Positions 55,601 through 64,000 of a stretch of 64,000 nt of DNA are shown in pieces. The notes under the pieces are model-generated. The model was given only the letters and a program-made list of their open reading frames with translations, had not been told where the DNA came from and searched no databases. The DNA comes from Eledone cirrhosa (taxonomy: Eukaryota). Each line of letters begins with the position of its first letter. Position 1 is the first letter of the stretch. The translations under genes and the position numbers were made by a program. Where the stretch lies: assembly GCA_964016885.1 (NCBI GenBank), contig OZ024749.1, positions 16,244,001 through 16,308,000 on the forward strand. The letters run 5' to 3'.

Positions 55601-58600
55601 TTACTACTACCAACACTACCACTAATACCACCACCAATACCACCAATACTACTACCAACATTACCACTAATACCATCACCAATACCACAAATACTACTAC
55701 CAACACGACCACTAACGCCACCAGCAATACCCCCATTACTACAACCAACACTACCACTAACACCACCACCAATACCACCAATACTACTACCAACACTACC
55801 ACTAACACCACCACCAATACCACCATTACTACTACCAACACTACCACTAACACCACCACCAATACCACCATTACTACTACCAACACCACCACTAACACCA
55901 CCACCAATACCACCAATACTACTACCAACACTACCACTACACCACCACCAATACTACTACCAACACTACCACTAACACCACCACCAATACCACAAATACT
56001 ACTACTAACACTACCACTAACACCACCACCAATACCACCAATACTACTACCAACACTACTACTAATACCACCACCAATACCACCACTACCAGTAACACCA
56101 CCTCCAATACCCCCAATACTACAACCAATACTACCAGTAACACCACCACCAATACCACCATTAGTACTACCGACACTCCCACTAACACCACCACCAATAC
56201 CACCATTACTACTACCAACACTACCACTAATACCACCACCAATACCACCAATACTACTACCAACATTACCACTAATACCACCACCATTACCACCAATACT
56301 ACTACCAACACTACCACTAACGCCACCACCAATACCACCAGTACTACTACCAACACTACCACTAACACCATCACCAATACCACCATTACTACTACCAACA
56401 CTACCACTAACACCACCACCAATACCACCAATACTACTACCAACACTACCTCTAACACCACCACCAATACCACCATTACTACTACCAACACTACCAGTAA
56501 CACCACCACCAATACCACCATTACTACTACCAACACTACCACTAATACCACCACCAATACCACCAATACTACTACCAACACTACCACTACCACCATCACC
56601 AATACCACCATTACTACTACCAACACTACCACTAACGCCACCACCAATACCACCATTACTACTACCAACACTACCACTAACACCACCACCAAAACCACCA
56701 TTACTACTACCAACACTACCACTAACGCCACCACCAATACCACCATTACTACTACCAACACTACCACTAACGCCACCACCAATACCACCATTACTACTAC
56801 CAACACTACCACTAACACCACCACCAATACCACCAATACTACTACCAACACCACCAGCAATACCACCATTACTACTACCAATACTACCACTAACACCACC
56901 ACCAATACCACCATAACTACTACCAACACTACCACTAACACCACCACCAATACCACCATTACTACTACCAACACTACCACTAACGTCACCACCAATACCA
57001 CCATTACTACTACCAACACTACCACTAATACCACGACCAATACCACCAATACTACTACCAACACTACCACTAACGCCACCACCAATGCCACCATTACTAC
57101 TACCAACACTACCACTAAACCACCACCAATACTACTACCAACACTACCACTAACACCACCACCAATACCACCATTACCACTACCAACACTACCACTAACA
57201 CCACCACCAATACCACCAATACTACTACCAACACTACCACTAACACCACCACCAGTACCAATATTACTATTACCAACACTACCACTAACACCACCACCAA
57301 TACCACCATTACAACTACCAACACTACCACTAACACCACCACCAATACCCCCATTACTACTACCAACACTACCACTACGCCACCACCAATACTACTACCA
57401 ACACTACCACTAACACCACCACCAATACCACAAATACTACTACCAACACTACCACTAACACCACCACCAATACCACCATTACTACTACCAACGCTACCAC
57501 TAACACCACCACCAATACCACCAATACTACTACCAACAATACCTCTAAAACCACCACCAATACCACCAATACTAAAACCAACACTACCACTAACACCACC
57601 ACCAGTACCACTATTACTATTACCAACACTACCACTAACACCTCCACCAATACCAACAATACTACTACCAACACTACCATTAACACCACCACCAATACCA
57701 CCATTACTACTACCAACACTACCACTAACACCACCACCACGACCAATACTACTACCAACACTACCAGTAACACTACCACCAATACCACCATTACTACTAC
57801 CAACACTACCACTAACACCACCACCAATACCCCCATTACTACTACCAACACTACCACTACACCACCACCAATACCACTACCAACACTACCACTAACACCA
57901 CCACCAATACCACCAATACTACTACCAACACTACCACTAACACCACCACCAATACCACCAATACTACTACCAACACTATCACTAACACCACCACCAATAC
58001 CACCATTACTACTACCAACACTACCACTAACACCACCACCAATACCACCATTACTACAACCAACACTACCACTAACACCATCACCAATACAACCATTACA
58101 ACTACCAACACTACCACTAACACCACCACCACCACCAATACTACTACCAACACTACCACTAACACCACCACCAATACCCCCATTACTACTACCAACACTA
58201 CCACTACACCACCACCAATACTACTACCAACACTACCACTAACACCACCACCAATACCACCAATACTACTACCAACACTACCACTAACACAACCACCAAT
58301 ACCACCATTACTACTACCAACACTACCACTAACACCACCACCAATACCACCAATACTACTACCAACACTACCACTAATACCACCACCAATACCACCAATA
58401 CTACTACCAACACTACCACTAACACCACCACTAATACCCCCATTACTACTACCAACACTACCACAACACCACCACCAATACTACTACTACCAACACTACC
58501 ACTAACACCACCATCAATACCACCAATACTACTACCAACACTACTACTAATACCACCACCAATACCACCACTACCAGTAACACCACCACCAATACGCCCA

Positions 58601-61600
58601 TTACTACTACCAATACTACCACTAACACCACCACCAATACCACCATTAGTACTACCAACACTACCACTAACACCACCACCAATACCACCATTACTACTAC
58701 CAACACTACCACTAATACCACCACCAATACCACCAATACTACTACCAACATTACCACTAATACCATCACCAATACCACAAATACTACTACCAACACCACC
58801 ACTAACGCCACCAGCAATACCCCCATTACTACAACCAACACTACCACTAACACCACCACCAATACCACCAATACTACTACCAACACTACCACTAACACCA
58901 CCACCAATACCACCATTACTACTACCAACACTACCACTAACACCACCACCAATACCACCATTACTACTACCAACACTACCACTAACACCACCACCAATAC
59001 CACCAATACTACTACCAACACTACCACTACACCACCACTAATACTACTACCAACACTACCACTAACACCACCACCAATACCACAAATACTACTACTAACA
59101 CTACCACTAACACCACCACCAATACCACCATTACTACAACCAACACTACCACTAACACCACCACCAATACCACCAATACTACTACCAACACTACTACTAA
59201 TACCACCACCAATACCACCACTACCAGTAACACCACCTCCAATACCCCCAATACTACTACCAATACTACCACTAACACCACCACCAATACCACCATTAGT
59301 ACTACCGACACTCCCACTAACACCACCACCAATACCACCATTACTACTACCAACACTACCACTAATACCACCACCAATACCACCAATACTACTACCAACA
59401 TTACCACTAATACCACCACCATTACCACCAATACTACTACCAACACTACCACTAACGCCACCACCAATACCACCAGTACTACTACCAACACTACCACTAA
59501 CACCATCACCAATACCACCATTACTACTACCAACACTACCACTAACACCACCACCAATACCACCAATACTACTACCAACACTACCACTAACACCACCACC
59601 AATACCACCATTACTACTACCAACACTACCAGTAACACCACCACCAATACCACCATTACTACTGCCAACACTACCACTAATACCACCACCAATACCACCA
59701 ATACTACTACCAACACTACCACTACCACCATCACCAATACCACCATTACTACTACCAACACTACCACTAACGCCACCACCAATACCACCATTACTACTAC
59801 CAACACTACCTCTAACACCACCACCAATACCACCATTACTACTACCAACACTACCACTAACGCCACCACCAATACCACCATTACTACTACCAACACTACC
59901 ACTAACGCCACCACCAATACCACCATTACTACTACCAACACTACCACTAAAACCACCCACCACCAATACCACCAATACTACTACCAACACCACCAGCAAT
60001 ACCACCATAACTACTACCAACACTACCACTAACACCACCACCAATACCACCATTACTACTACCAACACTACCACTATCGTCACCACCAATACCACCATTA
60101 CTACTACCAACACTACCACTAATACCACGACCAATACCACCAATACTACTACCAACACTACCACTAACGCCACCACCAATGCTACCATTACTACTACCAA
60201 CACTACCACTAAACCACCACCAATACTACTACCAACACTACCACTAACACCACCACCAATACCACCATTACCACTACCAACACTACCACTAACACCACCA
60301 CCAATACCACCAATATTACTACCAACACTACCATTAACACCACCACCAATACCACCATTACTACCACCAACACTACCACTAACACCACCACCAATACCAC
60401 CATTACCACTACCAACACTACCACTAACACCACCACCAATACCACCATTACTACCACCAACACTACCACTAACACCACCACCAATACCACCAATACTACT
60501 ACCAACACTACCACTACCACCATCAACAATACCATAATTACTACTACCAACACTACCACTAACACCACCACCAATACCACCAATACTACTACCAACACTA
60601 CCACTACACCACCACCAATACTACTACCAACACTACCACTAACACCACCACCAATACCACCATTACTATTACCAACACTACCACTAACACCACCACCAAT
60701 ACCAACAATACTACTACCAACACTACCATTAACACCACCACCAATACCACCATTACTACTACCAACACTACCACTAACACCACCACCAATACCACCAATA
60801 CTACTACCAACACTACCACTACCACCATCACCAATACCAACATTACTACTACCAACACTACCACTAACACCATCACCAATACCACCATTACTACTACCAA
60901 CACTACCACTAACACCACCACCAATACCACCATTACTACTTACCAACACTGCCACTAACACCACCACCAATACCACCAATACTACTACCAACACCACCAG
61001 CAATACCACCATTACTACTACCAACACTGCCACTAACACCACCACCAATACCATCAATACTACTACCAACACTACCACTAACACCACCACCAATACCACC
61101 ATTACTACTACCAACAATACCTCTAACACCACCACCAATACCACCAATACTAAAACCAACACTACCACTAACACCACCACCAGTACCACTATTACTATTA
61201 CCAACACTACCACTAACACCACCACCAATACCACCATTACAACTACCAACACTACCACTAACACCACCACCAATACCACCATTAGTACTACCAACACTAC
61301 CACTAACACCACCACCAATACCACCATTACTACTACCAACACTACCACTAATACCACCACCAATACCACCAATACTACTACCAACATTACCACTAATACC
61401 ACCACCATTACAACCAATACTACGACCAACACTACCACTAACGCCACCACCAATACCACCATTACTACTACCAACACTACCACTAACACCACCACCAATA
61501 CCACCAATACTACTACCAACACTACCACTAACACCACCACCAATACCACCATTACTACTACCAACACTACCAGTAACACCACCACCAATACCACCATTAC

Positions 61601-64000
61601 TACTACCAACACTACCACTAATACCACCACCAATACCACCAATACTACTACCAACACTACCACTAACGCCACCACCAATACCACCATTACTACTACCAAC
61701 ACTACCACTAACACCATCACCAATACCAACATTACTACTACCAGCACTACCACTAACACCACCACTAATACCACCAATACTATTACCAACACCACCAGCA
61801 ACACCACCACCAATACCACCATTCCTACTACCAACACTACCACTAACACCACCACCAATACCACCAATACTACTACCAACACTACCACTAACACCACCAC
61901 CAATACCACCAATACTACTACCAACACTATCACTAACACCACCACCAATACCACCATTACTACTACCAACACTACCACTAACACCACCACCAATACCACC
62001 ATTACTACAACCAACACTACCACTAACACCATCACCAATACAACCATTACAACTACCAACACTACCACTAACACCACCACCACCCAAAATACTACTACCA
62101 ACACTACCACTAACACCACCACCAATACCCCCATTACTACTACCAACACTACCACTACACCACCACCAATACTACTACCAACACTACCACTAACACCACC
62201 ACCAATACCACCAATACTACTACCAACACTACCACTAACAAAACCACCAATACCACCATTACTACTACCAACACTACCACTAACACCACCACCAATACCA
62301 CCAATACTACTACCAACACTACCACTAATACCACCACCAATACCACCAATACTACTACCAACACTACCACTAACACCACCACCAATACCCCCATTACTAC
62401 TACCAACACTACCACAAAACCACCACCAATACTACTACCAACACTACCACTAACACCACCATCAATACCACCAATACTACTACCAACACTACTTCTAATA
62501 CCACCACCAATACCACCACTACCAGTAACACCACCACCAATACCCCCATTACTACTACCAATACTACCACTAACACCACCACCAATACCACCATTAGTAC
62601 TACCAACACTACCACTAACACAACCACCAATACCACCATTACTACTACCAACACTACCACTAATACCACCACCAATACCACCAATACTACTACCAACATT
62701 ACCACTAATACCATCACCAATACCACAAAGACTACTACCAACACTACCACTAACGCCACCAGCAATACCCCCATTACTACTACCAACACTACCACTAACA
62801 CCATCACCAATACCACCATTACTACTACCAACACTACCACTAACACCAACTCCAATACCACCAATACTACTACCAACACTACCACTAAAACCACCACCAA
62901 TACCACCATTACTACTACCAACACTACCACTAACACCACCACCAATACCACCATTACTACTACCAACACTACCACTAACACCACCACCAATACCACCAAT
63001 ACTACTACCAACACTACCACTAACACCACCACCAATACCACCATTACTACTACCAACACTACCACTAAAACCACCACCAATACCACCATTACTACAACCA
63101 ACACTACCACTAACACCATCACCAATACAACCATTACAACTACCAACACTACCACTAACACCACCACCAATACCCCCATTACTACTACCAACACTACCAC
63201 TACACCACCACCAATACTACTACCAACACTACCACTAACACCACCACCAATACCACAAATACTACTACCAACACTACCACTAACACCACCACCAATACCA
63301 CCATTACTACAACCAACACTACCACTAACACCACCACCAATACCACCAATACTACTACCAACACTACTACTAATACCACCACCATTACCACCACTACCAG
63401 TAACACCACCACCAATACCCCCATTACTACTACCAATACTACCACTAACATCACCACCAATACCACCATTAGTACTACCAACACTACCACTAACACCACC
63501 ACCAATACCACCATTACTACTACCAACACTACCACTAATACCACCACCAATACCACCAATACTACTACCAACATTACCACTAATACCACCACCATGACCA
63601 CCAATACTACTACCAACACTACCACTAACGCCACCACCAATACCACCATTACTACTACCAACACTACCACTAACACCATCACCAATACCACCATTACTAC
63701 TACCAACACTACCACTAACACCACCACCAATACCACCAATACTACTACCAACACTACCACTAACACCACCACCAATACCACCATTACTACTACCAACACT
63801 ACCAGTAACACCACCACCAATACCACCATTACTACTACCAACACTACCACTAATACCACCACCAATACCACCAATACTACTACCAACATTACCACTAACG
63901 CCACCACCAATACCACCATTACTACTACCAACACTACCACTAACACCACCACCAATACCACCAATACTACTACCAACACCACCAGCAATACCACCATTAC
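46700..64000. repeat. >17-kb 45-bp minisatellite with higher-order blocks; continues past the window end
   Basis: Unit ACCAACACTACCACTAACACCACCACCAATACCACCA(T/A)TACTACT, with 36-bp and 1-bp-deletion variants. Confidence 0.97.

Noticed and set aside
46728-63997. Long poly-V/L, GGIGGGVSGSVGSS and PPIPPLLLPTLPL ORFs
   Set aside because: Alternative frames of one 45-bp satellite, broken by the same recurring 1-bp deletion.

Overview
Eukaryotic, AT-rich DNA saturated with microsatellites. The SINE families and repeat style resemble a cephalopod (Octopus-like) genome; this is an inference. No host protein-coding gene is supported, and almost all ORFs in the track are translations of simple repeats. 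The real content is a retroelement community. (1) A 5'-truncated R4/Dong-like RT+RLE non-LTR element sits in (CATA)n, with a second 3' fragment nearby. (2) A full-length but disabled L1/Tx1-clade LINE of about 5.8 kb sits in (AAT)n, nested inside the 3' end of an RTE LINE. (3) There are RTE-derived non-autonomous elements and many tRNA-derived SINEs. (4) There are three decayed Penelope-like GIY-YIG fragments. (5) The most striking signal is more than a dozen type I hammerhead-ribozyme-like motifs, seven or eight with an intact CTGANGA/GAAA/NTH core. They are carried by short non-coding elements that lie mostly in (TA)n tracts, often as fold-back palindromes with a one-sided tail and a shared GTATTGAGTAC tail motif. 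A 557-bp unit also occurs as two inverted, circularly permuted copies. Tandem arrays include 28-, 36-, 75- and 103-bp minisatellites and a >17-kb 45-bp C/A-rich array with higher-order structure that runs off the window end. All folds and alignments were done by eye.
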